Positions 33,719 to 45,865 of a DNA stretch of 64,000 bases are shown piece by piece. The translations under genes were made by a program, and so were the position numbers. A model generated the notes under the pieces. That model was not told where the DNA came from. It ran no database searches and worked only from the letters and a program-made list of their open reading frames with translations. This stretch comes from an uncultured Alphaproteobacteria bacterium (GTDB taxonomy: Bacteria > Pseudomonadota > Alphaproteobacteria > Rhizobiales > Rhizobiaceae): positions 197,824-261,823 of the forward strand of contig CAVZBM010000007.1 of NCBI GenBank assembly GCA_963773525.1, given 5' to 3'. Every line of letters starts with the position of its first letter. Position 1 is the first letter of the stretch.

Positions 33719-34576
33719 TTGGATCATTCGCCAGCCGCGACGGCGCCCATCGTCCGTTCACTGCGGGACGGCGCTTCGCGCGCCGTCGCCGAAGCCGACC
33801 TCGACGCCAAGGTCGCGCTGGCGCGGCGGCTCCACTGTTCCTGGATGGAGCGGAGGCTTTCGCTTCACGGTCCCCTCGACCTGCTGCCGCCCGACCGGCC
33901 CGGTCGTCCGGACAGACCAGAACTCGTTCCACCTCGGCTTCTCAAAAGGCGTTCGCTGCATACCGTTCGCGGACGGGTCGCGCTGCTGCACGCCCTCGCC
34001 CACATCGAACTGAACGCGATCGATCTGGCCCTCGACATCGTTGCGCGCTTCGCCAGCGAAAACATGCCGCGCAGCTTCTTCGACGGCTGGATGTTGGTGG
34101 CTTTCGAGGAGGCCAAGCATTTCTCGCTGCTGCGCCAGCGGCTGCTGGATCTGGGCGCCGCCTATGGCGATCTGCCCGCCCATGACGGGCTGTGGCAGGC
34201 AGCGCAGGATACCAAAGGCCATCTCTTCGCGCGGCTCGCAATCGTGCCGCTCGTGCTCGAAGCGCGTGGTCTCGACGTCACCCCCTCGATGATCGAAAAG
34301 CTGACCGACGTCGGCGACAGCGAAAGCGCCGCCATCCTCCGGATCATCTATGAGGATGAGAAAGGTCACGTCGCGACAGGGGCGAAATGGTTCCGTTTCG
34401 GGTGCGCCCGGCGCAACCTTGATCCGGCCGCTACATTTCGGCGTCTCGTTCGCGAGCATTTCCACGGCGAGGTCAAGCCGCCATTCAACGATCTGGCCCG
34501 TTCGGCAGCGGGCCTGACTCCCACTTTCTGGCGTGGATTGACCTCTGTCTCCAACAGCGACCACCGGGCCGATTAA
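33719..34576 (+). CDS. Ferritin-like DUF455 protein
   Basis: HALAHIELNAIDLA, EEAKHF, EARGLD, EDEKGHV. Confidence 0.87.
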   Translation: MDHSPAATAPIVRSLRDGASRAVAEADLDAKVALARRLHCSWMERRLSLHGPLDLLPPDRPGRPDRPELVPPRLLKRRSLHTVRGRVALLHALAHIELNAIDLALDIVARFASENMPRSFFDGWMLVAFEEAKHFSLLRQRLLDLGAAYGDLPAHDGLWQAAQDTKGHLFARLAIVPLVLEARGLDVTPSMIEKLTDVGDSESAAILRIIYEDEKGHVATGAKWFRFGCARRNLDPAATFRRLVREHFHGEVKPPFNDLARSAAGLTPTFWRGLTSVSNSDHRAD

Positions 34577-34653
34577 ATGGCTCCAGGCTCTCGCGCGTTG
34601 ATTGAAAGGCACGAATTATTAACCCTGATGATGTGAGATCAGGGCGACGTCCA

Positions 34654-35890
34654 ATGGCGGAGCCCAGCATGCCTCCCGACCATCTCACAGCTCCCAAACC
34701 TTTCGGTCGGCGGGAGCCGCACACGATCATCATCGCCCGCGGCAACGATATCCGGCATTTTCAGCTCCGCCCCTGGGGCAAGGCCGGGACTGGCCGCTTT
34801 GGGCGGCGTGCTGATCACAGGCTACATCGCCGCGACCAGCTATCTCGTCCTGCGGGACGATCTGATCAACGCGCTGGCGGCGCGCCAGGCACGGGTCGAA
34901 TACGCCTATCAGGATCACATCTCGGCGCTGCGCCGGCAGGTGGATCGGATCACCAGCCGCCAGATGATGGACCAGCACCTGGTCGAGACGCGCATGTCGG
35001 AACTGATGGCGCGTCAGGACATACTGGCCAGCCGGTCGGCTCGGCTGGCGCCGCTGCTGCGCGAATTCGGCGAGACCACCGGCTCCGTCACCGGCTCCGG
35101 CCGCGTCCGCCGGACGAGCATGTGAGGAACAGCAGCCGATTGCCGTTCTGCCGTCGATGCCGCCCAGCCTCTGTCGCTTGCGGACCGGGCCGACATCGCC
35201 TTCGTCGCCCTGCAGCATTCGCTCGAAGATATGGAAGGCGAACAGGTCGGGCAGATCGTCACGGTGACGCAGAGGGCGGAGAACGCCGTCGTCCCGCCTG
35301 TCGGACGCATTGGCGGCGGTCGATATGGATACCGCGGACGATACGGTGAAATGCCGGGCATGGGCGGACCGCTCGAACCGGCCGGGGAGGCTTCTGCCGG
35401 TCCGTTCGAAGCGGCGGTCGACCGGCTGGACGCGGCCTTGGGCCGCTTCGACGCGGCGCGAGCGGTCGCCGCCGGCGTGCCCCTCGCCAATCCTCTGCCT
35501 GGCCGCCGGATCTCCTCACGGTTCGGCGTCCGTGAGGATCCCCTCATCGGTCGCCGGGCCATGCATTCAGGCCTCGACTTCAGCGGCCCGCGCGGAACGG
35601 CGATCCAGGCAACGGCCGACGGAACCGTGGTCAGGGCGGGGCGCAATGGCGGTTATGGACGAATGGTCGAACTGCAGCACGACAACGGCCTGACGACGCG
35701 CTACGGGCATATGAGCCGCATCGAGGTCACACCGGGTCAACGCGTCGAGCGCGGCCAGATCATCGGAAGGGTGGGCTCGACAGGTCGGTCGACCGGCCCG
35801 CATCTGCATTACGAGGTCCGGCGCAAGGGCACCGCACTCAACCCGATCCAATTTATCAATGCCGGCCAAGAAGTAACTGATCTGCTTTAA
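34654..35890 (+). CDS. M23 family peptidoglycan endopeptidase (frameshifted)
   Basis: TM + coiled coil, then HSGLD, YGHM and STGPHLHYE; several frame breaks. Confidence 0.85.
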
Positions 35891-35911
35891 CAAGCGATCA
35901 CATTCATCTCG

Positions 35912-37029
35912 TTATTCGACGTCTTCTACCTCGCCGACCACCTTGCCGGCCAAAGCGGCCTCCATGAACGGGTCGAGCGACCCATCGAGCACCTCGGTCG
36001 GGTTGGTGCTCTCCACGCCGGTGCGCAGGTCCTTCACCAACTGATAGGGCTGCAGGACATAGGAGCGGATCTGGTGGCCCCAGCCGATATCGGTCTTGGC
36101 GTCGTGCTCGGCCATGGCGGCGTCTTCGCGCTTCTTCATCTCCAGGTCGTAGAGCCGCGCGCGCAGCGCCTTCATCGCGTTGGCGCGGTTCTGGTGCTGG
36201 CTCTTCTCTGAGGAAGTGACGACGATGCCGGTCGGCAGGTGCGTGATGCGAACGGCCGAATCGGTGGTGTTGACGTGCTGGCCGCCAGCGCCGGACGAGC
36301 GATAGGTATCGATCCGGATGTCCTTGTCCTGGATCTCGATCTCCACATTGTCATCGATGACCGGATAGACGCCGATCGATGAGAACGAGGTGTGGCGGCG
36401 GGCGTTGGAATCGTAAGGCGAAATGCGCACGAGCCGGTGGACGCCGCTCTCGGTCTTCAGCCAGCCATTGGCCTTCTCGCCCTTGATCAGAAGCGTCGCG
36501 CTCTTGATGCCGGCTTCCTCACCGTAGGAGACGTCCTGCACCTCGACCTTGAAGCCGCGCTTCTCCGCCCAGCGTGTGTACATGCGCAGCAGCATGTTGG
36601 CCCAGTCCTGGCTTTCGGTGCCACCGGCGCCAGCGTGAACCTCCAGGAAGGCATCCGACTGGTCCATCTCACCGGAGAGCAGCGTCTCGATGCGACGCTT
36701 GTCGATCTGGGTCTCCAGTTGCCGAATCGTCTTCTCGGCGTCACGGACGACCTCGTCATCGTCTTCCGCCTCGCCGAGCTCGATCAGTTCGACGCTGTCG
36801 TCCAGCGTCTGCTGCATGCCGGTGATAGCGGCGATGTTCTCATCGAGCGTCTGGCGCTCGCGCATCAGCTTCTGGGCCTCGGACGGGTCGTCCCAGAGGC
36901 TCGGGATCTTCCGCCCGGCTGTTCAGATAGCCGAGGCGTTTCTGGGAGGCGTCCCAGTCAAAGATGCCTCCTCAGCAGGCTGAGTGCCTGCTTGATCTCA
37001 TCAACGAGATTTTCGGTCTCTGCGCGCAT
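35912..37029 (-). CDS. prfB: Peptide chain release factor 2
   Basis: GGQ motif and ESGVHRLVRISPY; programmed +1 frameshift after codon 23; extra probable 1-nt error near 36904. Confidence 0.96.
36957..36972 (-). promoter_or_regulatory. prfB programmed +1 frameshift site
   Basis: AGGAGG-CAT-CTT-TGA-C in mRNA sense (TGA at 36960-36958). Confidence 0.93.
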
Positions 37030-37161
37030 GGCGTCAGCGTCCCTTCCCGGTCGGTTTTCAAATGCGAGGAGGCCGCCTCATGGGCGGCCTCGCTGTCGTC
37101 GCGCAACATAGTGAGCGACGCCGCCATGTAAAGGCATTGCGCGCGGTGAAGCCGCCGGGTT

Positions 37162-39614
37162 CTAGTAGAGCCCGCCACCGGCCGACTGGATGATCTGGCG
37201 CGATTCCTGCGAGACGTTTCTCGGCGCATCGGCCTGGGCGACCGATTCCGCGCCGATCACGCTGTAGACGTCCGCCGGGCCCGTACCGGGCTTGAACGCC
37301 TCGATGATCACGTTGCCGCCGCCATCACGCGAGGCGCGCATACCGGAGCGGCGGTCGATCGGAATCATCAGCATGCCCTCGGGCACCTGGAAGTCGACAT
37401 TCGGCTTGCCCTCGTGGGCCTTGCTCATGAAATCCTTGAAGATCGGGACGGCGAGACCGCCACCGGTCGATCCATGGCCCATCGGCCGCGGCTGATCGTA
37501 GCCGACATAGAGCGCGACCACGAGATCGGGCGTGAAACCGACGAACCACGCATCCTTCTCGTCATTGGTCGTGCCGGTCTTGCCGGCGACGGGGAAGCCG
37601 ATATCGGACAGCTTCGCGGCGGTGCCGCGCTTGGCCACACCCTCCAGCATCGACGTTATCTGATAGGCGGTCATCGGATCGAGAATCTGGTCGCGATTGT
37701 CGATCAGTTCAGGCTCCGCCTGGCCATTCCATTGATCGGGATTGCACCCTTCGCAACCGCGCTGATCGTGCTTGTAGACGGTCTTGCCATAGCGATCCTG
37801 GATGCGGTCGATCAGCGAGGGGCGGATCTGCTTGCCGCCATTGGCCATGACCGAATACGCCGTCGCCATCCTCATAACGGTGGTCTCGGAGGAGCCCAGC
37901 GCGTTGGGAAGATAGAGGCCCATCTTGTCGTAGACGCCAAACCGTTCCGCATACTCCGCGACCAGCTTGATGCCCATGTCCCTCGCGAGACGCACGGTCA
38001 TCAGGTTGCGGCTGCGCTCGATGCCGACGCGCAGGGTGGAGGGACCGGCGAACTTGCCGCCGTAGTTCTTGGGCTCCCAGATCGTGTTGCCGCTCTTGAT
38101 CGTGATCGGCGCGTCCATGACCACCGAAGCCGGCGTGTATCCGTTGTCGAGCGCGGCGGCGTAGACGATCGGCTTGAACGCAGGATCCCGGCTGGCGCAT
38201 CGCCTGCGTCGCCCGATTGAACTCGCTATCGGCAAAGGAGAATCCACCCACCATGGCCAATACGCGCCCGGTATGGGGATCCATAGCGACCAAGGCCGCC
38301 TTCCACCTCCGGCGGCTGACGCAGGCGGTAGCTGTCCTCCCCCTCTTCGGTCTTCTCGACAAAGACGACATCGCCACGTTCGAGGACGCCGGCGGGGGAC
38401 TTGGCGGTGAGCAGCTTGCCGTCCTTCTTGTGGCGGAGCGCCCATTTCATGTCGGCCTCGGCGATGGTGCCGGTCTGCCGTTCCTCGACGACCGAACCAT
38501 CGCCCTTGCGATCCGGCTTCAGACCGATCTTCACCTTGTCGTCGCCGGCCTCGAGCACGACGGCGAGCTTCCATTCCGGCACGTCGTAGAGACCGTCCAC
38601 ATCGGCAAGAGGCTTGCCCCAATCCTCACCGATCTCGATCGTCTTGACCGGCCCGCGAAAACCACGCTCGGTGTCGAAATCGATCAGGCCGCGCTGCATG
38701 GCCTTGCGCGCCAGCCTCTGCAGGTCAGGGTCGATCGTCGTGCGGACGGACAGGCCGCCTTCGTAGAGCTCATCGACACCATAGCGGTCGATGATCTCGC
38801 GGCGGACCTCCTCGGTGAAATACTCGCCGGCGAAGAGATAGGTGCTGCGGCCCGAGCGCGGCTGAACCCCAAGATCAGAGGCGCGTGCGTCGTCGGCTTC
38901 CTCCTGCGTGATGTAGCCGTTTTCAAGCATCTGGCCGATCACCCAGTTGCGTCGGTCGACGGCGCGGTCGCGGTAGCGGAAGGGATGGTAGTTGTTCGGC
39001 GCCTTCGGCAGCGCCGCCAGATAGGCCGCCTCGGCGACCGTCAGCTCGTTGACGCTCTTGTCGAAATAGGAGAGCGCGGCGCTGGCGATGCCATACGAGC
39101 CGAACCCGAGAAAGATCTCGTTCAGATAGAGTTCGAGGATACGGTCCTTGGAATAGGCCTGCTCGATCCGGAAGGCGAGAATGGCCTCCTTGATCTTGCG
39201 CTTGTAGGTCTGCTCCTTGGTCAGGAAGAAGTTCTTGGCGACCTGCTGGGTTATGGTGGAGGCGCCCTGACGCGTGCCGTTGCGCAGATTGTTCACGATC
39301 GCCCGGGACAGACCCTGAATGTCGAGACCCGGATGGGTGTAGAAGTTCTTGTCCTCGGCCGAGAGGAAAGCGGCCTTGACCCGGTCCGGAACGGCCGCGA
39401 TCGGCAGGAAGAGGCGACGTTCGCGGGCGTATTCCGCCATCAGCGTGCCGTCGGAAGCGTGGACGCGCGTCGTCACCGGCGGCTGGTAGCTGGCGAGAAC
39501 CTCGTAATCCGGGAGATCGGCGCTGACATTCGTGATGAACAGCGCAAGTCCCGCTGCCGCCACGAGCGCCAGAGCGACGCCGATCCCGAAAAAGTAGCCG
39601 ATAATCCGAACCAT
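37162..39614 (-). CDS. mrcA: Penicillin-binding protein 1A (frameshifts near 38185 and 38300)
   Basis: EDKNFYTH, GASTITQQ, RQPGS, SRN and KTG motifs. Confidence 0.92.
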
Positions 39615-39802
39615 TATTGCCCGCCTCTGGAAGGTCCAACGGCCTGACCCGTGAAAGGCCATCGGAGCCATCATTGCACGTCGGCCGCGCAACCGCGCCT
39701 GCCAGCCCGCATTTCCCCAATCAATTGGTTCTGCTGATGACTGATCTTCTTGGACAAAATGGGGCGGCCGCGCAGCAGTCGACGGTCCGACGAGGCGCGA
39801 CG

Positions 39803-41049
39803 TCAGCGAAGGGCGGCGTTCCGGGCGTCGACATAATCGCCGATCGCCGCGGCGATCGCGCCGGCGGCCCGGCGCTGCCAGGCGGGGTCCTGCATCAGCT
39901 TTTCATCTTCCGCGTTCGACAAATAGCCGAGCTCGATCAGGATCGACGGCACGTCCGGCGCGGTGAGAACACGAAAGCCGGCGTGACGGTGCGGACGGTT
40001 GATCATCGTCAGCACATTCTTCATCGAATCAACGACCTTTCGCGCAAGGTGGAGCGAGAAGCTCTTGGTCTCGCGGCGGGTCAGGTCCAGCAGGATGTCC
40101 GTCACCTCATCGCTTTCCTCCGGCAGATCGAGAGCCGGCGACCGCGTCGACCGCATTTTCCGAATCGGCCAGACGCTCGGCCATGGCGTCCGACGCCTGC
40201 TTCGAGATCGTATAGACTGTGGCGCCGCGCACATAATGCTGCGAAACCGAATCGGCGTGGATCGGAGACGAACAGGGCTGCGCCGGACTGGCGTCCGATT
40301 CGCACCCGCTCCTTCAGCGAGATGAAGCTGTCGTCGTCGCGCGTCAGCACGACACGGATGTCGCCCTTCGCCTGAAGCTGGTCCTTCAGTTCGCGAGCGA
40401 AGGCGAGCGTGATCGTCTTCTCCGTCACCCCGTGCCGGCCCCGCGCGCCACTGTCGATGCCGCCATGGCCGGCATCGACGACCACAGTGAAGGGCCGTTC
40501 TGCCCCGGTGCGGCCGCCGAGGCGATCCTCCTTGGGGGTCGAAACCGCAATGGCTTCAACGGCGCGATCGCCGCTGGCGAAGAGCGGCTTCGAACGCTTT
40601 GCGCGAGGCCAGCGCCACGTCGAACGCGACGATGGTCCTGCCGTCGTCTGTCTCGGAATAGGTCGGGCCGGTGAGCGTGAACGGTCCGCGCATGCCGATG
40701 ACCATGCGCGACCGGTCGCTATCCATCGCGCCATAGCGGACCGACTGGACGAGTCCCGCCGGCGCCACATCCTCCTTCGGCATTTCGAAGGCCGTCGCGG
40801 GCAGGTCAATGACGAGACGCTCAGGGCTCGTCGCAGCATCATCAGCGACAGGTCCGGCCGGCGGTCGAATGTCAGCCGAAACCCGGTGACCTGCTCGCTC
40901 CCCGCGATACGAACCGCCATCAGGCGGTGCGGCAGCGGTTCAGCGGGTGAGGCGGAGGCCTGGCTGAGCAGCGTGAGCGTCAGCGACCAGCAGCATGAGC
41001 CGCCAGCACAACGCCCACATATCAAGGATTTGCGCACGGCTCTTCCCAT
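39803..41049 (-). CDS. amiC: N-acetylmuramoyl-L-alanine amidase (frameshifted)
   Basis: VVVDAGHGGIDSG, LTRDDD, AGFRVL, ILIELGYLSN. Confidence 0.87.
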
Positions 41050-41628
41050 CCGATCGTTCCCGACCGCCGCCTACCATCCCGATCAGCAAATCGCACGGGC
41101 TCCGTTAAGCCTTTCTTCATCGCGACCGCCGACCTCGCCCGCGCCATCGTTGTTACGTGGCTGTCTTGCAAGATGGCCCGCGACGACCTACAAGGCCGTT
41201 GGGTCAGACCATCCTTCGCGATGGCCCAGCCGGCCTTTGCCGATCGCTCGTTCACGACGCAGCAATTCGGCGGGAGAACCGCCTGAAGCATGATCCAAGA
41301 GAATTCTCTCGGCGGTCTCCCAACGATTCGCCGTTCCAGAGGAAGGCGGCCGGGACGGCTCACCCCGCGCTGCGACATTACGAGCTAGGTCGGAACCAGT
41401 CCTTGATGGCGGTTCCTTGTTGCAACGGTCAATTCGGCGAAACCATGGCATTGTCCGCGCGAAACGACAGAATCCCCGCCAAGCGCATCTTCTGCGCGGC
41501 GGACGTTCTGCTCGATGCGCCGCCCGGTTCCGCCCGCGACCCATCATTTACCGGACACCCTTCCCCTCCAGGGCCGATCATACGGCTACCGGACCGCGGA
41601 ACGGGACGGTCCGGGGAGTTCATACCTC

Positions 41629-44420
41629 ATGTCCAACAACAAGATGCTGATCGACGCCTCCCACCCGGAAGAAACCCGCGTGGTCGTGTGTCGCGGCAAT
41701 CGTATCGAAGAATTCGACTTCGAATCCCAGAATAAGAAGCAGCTCAAGGGCAACATCTATCTGGCCCGCGTGACGCGGGTCGAGCCCTCGCTGCAGGCCG
41801 CCTTCATCGAATATGGCGGCAATCGCCACGGCTTCCTGGCGTTCTCTGAAATTCATCCCGACTACTACCAGATCCCGCTGGCCGACCGGCAGGCGCTCGC
41901 CGCGCGGAGGCCGAGGAGGCTCTGCGCGAGAGCATGGAGGAGGACGAGGAGCAGGAGGAAGCCGGCCGCTCGCGCCGCCGCCGCCGCTCCAGCCGCGGTC
42001 GTAAGAAGCCGGAGGGGGCCAACACCTCGGGCAAGAGCGAGGAGGCCTCTTCGGAGGACGAGCAGAGCGGGGAAGCCGTTCCGGCCAACAACGCCGACGA
42101 TTCCGACATCCCGGCCGCCGAGGAGATCGTCGCGCCGGACGATGCCACCGACGAGCCGCCCCTGCCCGCCGCGAGTGGCGACGGGGACGATGACGGCAAG
42201 GACGAGGAGCCCTCCTCGATCGCCATGGCCGTCGAGAGCGACGTCATCTCCGAGGAACTGAAAGACGCCGGCAAGTCCGGCGATGAGAACGGCTCGGACG
42301 ACGACGATGAAGACGACGACGATGAGGATGGCGAGGTCGAGAGCCTCGGCTCCGACGATCCCGTCGAAGAAACGCGCCGCCGACGCTCGCCCCGCAAGAA
42401 CTACAAGATCCAGGAGGTGATCAAGCGCCGCCAGATCCTGCTGGTGCAGGTCGTCAAGGAGGAGCGCGGCAACAAGGGCGCAGCGCTGACCACCTATCTG
42501 TCGCTCGCCGGCCGCTACTCCGTCCTGATGCCGAATACCGCCCGAGGCGGCGGCATCTCGCGCAAGATCACGCAGGCCACGGACCGCAAGCGTCTCAAGG
42601 ACATCGTCAAGGAGCTGCACGTGCCTCAGGGCATGGGCGTCATCCTGCGGACCGCCGGCGCCAATCGCACCAAGCCCGAGATCAAGCGCGACTACGAATA
42701 TCTGATGCGGCTCTGGGACAATGTCCGCTCGCTCACTCTGGAATCGAGTGCGCCGGCCCTGGTCTACGAGGAAGGCAGCCTGATCAAGCGGAGCGTGCGC
42801 GATCTCTACAACAAGGACATCGGCGAAATTCTCGTCTCCGGCGAGGAGGGCTACCGCGAGGCCAAGGACTTCATGCGGATGCTCACGCCCAGCCAGGCCA
42901 AGGCCGTGCAGCCCTATCGCGACCCGCAGCCGCTGTTTGCCCGCTTCGGTATCGAATCGCAGCTCGACAAGATGCTGCAGCCGCAGGTCACACTGAAGAG
43001 CGGCGGCTATCTGATCATCAACCAGACCGAGGCGCTGGTCGCCATCGACGTCAACTCAGGCCGGTCCACCCGCGAGCATTCGATCGAGGAAACGGCGCTG
43101 GCGACGAACATGGAAGCGGCGGAGGAAGTGGCCCGGCAGTTGCGGCTGCGCGACCTCGCCGGGCTGATCGTCATCGACTTCATCGACATGGACGAGAAGC
43201 GCAACAACCGCTCGGTCGAGAAGAAGATCAAGGACTGCCTGAAGGACGACCGGGCCCGCATCCAGGTCGGCCGCATCTCGGCCTTCGGCCTTCTGGAGAT
43301 GAGCCGTCAGCGCATCCGCTCGTCGGTTCTCGAGAGCACGATGCAGCCCTGCGATCACTGTCATGGGACGGGCTATATCCGCTCCGACTCGTCGACGGCG
43401 CTGCACGTCGTCCGCTCGATCGAGGAGCATCTGACCCGCGACAGCCGCTATAACGTGACGGTCCGGACGGCCGCGCCGATCGCACTTTACGTGCTGAACC
43501 AGAAGCGCGCGATGCTGATGGACCTGGAGCGTCGCTTCGGTGTCGTGATCTCGATCGAGGCCGACGAGACGCTCGGCGCCAAGATCCTCGACATCCAGCG
43601 CGGCGAAGCCGCCGACGCCAGCGAGGTTGCCGAGCGTGTCCTGCCACCGTCGACGGGACGCACGGCCCTGCTCGAGCAGGAAGACGACGAGGACGAGGAT
43701 ATCGTCGACGCCGCGCCCGACCGTGGGAGCGATGCCGATGCCAACACCGATTCCGATACCGACAGTGGCGAAGCAGGCCGCCGTCGCCGGCGCAGACGCC
43801 GTCGCCGGGGTGGCGGCAAGGATGGCGATGAAAACACGTCTTCCGATCAGGCTGCGAGCCAGTCGGATGATGCGGACGAAGCCGACGACGCCAGCGATTC
43901 CGACGACGACAATGACGACCAGAAGGGTTCCGGCCGTCGCCGGCGGCGCGGCAGGCGCGGTGGCCGACGCAACCGCGATCGCAACAAAGACGAGAGAAAT
44001 GAATCCGATAGCGGCTCGTCTTCGGGCGATGATTCATCGCCGTCCGATGCCTCTGACGACGAGAAGAAGAATCGAGCCGGCCATAGCCGCGGAGGCGGAC
44101 AGCGGAGCCAGTGCCGAGACGGTTTCGTCCGAAGCCGCCGAGCCGCGAGCAGGTGGAGTCCGAAGCTGAAGCCAAGGTCGCCGATCAGGTCGTCGAAACA
44201 GCGCCGGTGCAATCCGCGCCGGAGGACGAGGACGTCACCGGATCCGAGGATGATCAGGGAGCAAGCCAGCCGCGGACGCGCCGCGCGCGGCGTGCGGGCA
44301 ATGATGACGAACCGGCCGAGGTCAAGGTGACGACGGTGACGCCGAAGGGTGGCGAAGAAACCGTCGAGGCGCCGAAAAAAGCCCCGTCGATCGGGTTGGT
44401 GGAACCGCGGCTTCTTCTGA
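41629..44420 (+). CDS. rne: Ribonuclease E (frameshifts near 41900, 44075 and 44390)
   Basis: MLIDASHPEETR, GNIY, acidic S1 insert, IDVNSG, IDFIDM, CxxC, R/D-rich IDR, terminal GWW...GFF. Confidence 0.93.
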
Positions 44421-44444
44421 TCGCCGCGTTCACTTGCAAAGAAG

Positions 44445-44470
44445 AAGCCGGGCATCGCGCCCGGCTTTTT
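44445..44470 (+). terminator. Rho-independent terminator (possibly bidirectional)
   Basis: AAGCCGGGC-ATCGC-GCCCGGCTTTTT between convergent rne and the aminotransferase. Confidence 0.8.
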
Positions 44471-44478
44471 CCTTTCTG

Positions 44479-45682
44479 TCAAAGCGTGCCGAGCCAGCTT
44501 TCGAGCCGCTGGATCGCTTCGGCCACACGTTCCGGCCTCTCGCAATAGGAGAAGCGCAGCGAGCGATGGCCTTCGACCGGATCGAAATCGAGACCCGTCG
44601 AGGCGGCGACACCGGTCTTCTCCAGCATCGTCTTGGCGAAGTTCAGGCTGTCGTCGGAATAGGCGCTGATATCGCAATAGGCGTAGAAGGCGCCGTCCAT
44701 CGGCGCCAGCAGAGGCAGGCCAAGGCGGGGCAGCGCGTCCATCAGCAATTGCCGGCTCTTCTGGTAGCGCTCACGGATCGGATCGAGATCCTCGGCCGAG
44801 CGGAACGCCTCGATGGCCGCGATCTGCGAAATCTCCGAGGCGCTGATGTAGAGGCTCTGCGCGACACGCTCGATCGGCCGGACAAGCCGTTCCGGCAGCA
44901 CCATCCAGCCAATGCGCCAGCCGGTCATGCAGTAGTATTTGCTGAACGAGTTGATGACGATCAGGTCGTCCGAGAATTTCAGCGCGGTGACATCGGGCCG
45001 CGGCATAGTTGAGACGGTGATAGATCTCGTCGGAGATCAGGGCGATGCCTAGTTCGCTCGCGACCCGCACCAGTTCCTCCAGCGCCTCCTCCGGCATCGA
45101 TGCTCCGGTCGGATTGGCCGGGCTTGCGAAAAGCAGGCCCTTCAAAGGCTTGCGGGCGTGAACCTCACGCAGGGATTCAGCGGACAGATAGCCACTTGCG
45201 TCGGTCGGAATTTCCTCCACCTCAAGGCCCAGAGCCCCAAGAATGTTACGATAGGCGGGATAGCCGGGCCGGGTGATCGCGACCCGGTCGCCATGGTCGA
45301 ACAGGGTGAGGAACGCCAGATTGAACCCCGCCGACGAACCGCTCGTCACCGCCACGCGGGAGGCGGGAATGTCAATTCCGTAATAGGCCTTGTAGTGATC
45401 GGCGATGGCCTGCCGGAGGGAATCGAGGCCAAGCGCATTGGTATAGCTGACGCGGCCCTCGGCCGCCTTGGCCATGGCGGCGTCGCGCACGCGCTGCGGC
45501 GCCGGATCGGCCGGCTGACCCACGGCGAGCGAGATGACATCGACGCCGGCGGCGCGCGCCCGATTGGCGGCGGCAAACACGTCCATGGCATGGAAGGGTT
45601 CGACCAGTCCGGCGCGATGCGAGACCCGCAGCGGGTCCGGGTCGAGCGGCCGCTGGCGCGCCAGTTGTGAACTCATTGCCAT
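44479..45682 (-). CDS. Class I/II PLP aminotransferase (frameshift near 45000)
   Basis: SPANPTG, SDEIY, NSFSKYYCMTGWRIG. Confidence 0.88.
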
Positions 45683-45865
45683 TCGCACTCCATCTTGGCC
45701 AATATCGCAGAAATGCCCGATTGGCTCTCTAGCGACAAGTCGCCTCCTGTATGGAGGACAATCGGGGCGACGGGCGCAGGCGGGGACTATCGACCATGAC
45801 AGAAGATCGGTAGATGGCGAGGATCATGTTCCACTTGCGTCCCTGACTTCTGGCCAGGCGCTGCC

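Noticed and set aside
36895-36912. Second frameshift in prfB as an additional recoding site
   Set aside because: A single extra C in a short run with no SD or stop signal; matches the error pattern seen across the window.
43680-44070. Low-complexity GAC/CGC-rich tracts in rne
   Set aside because: They encode the known alternating acidic/Arg-rich disordered region of alphaproteobacterial RNase E, not a repeat element.
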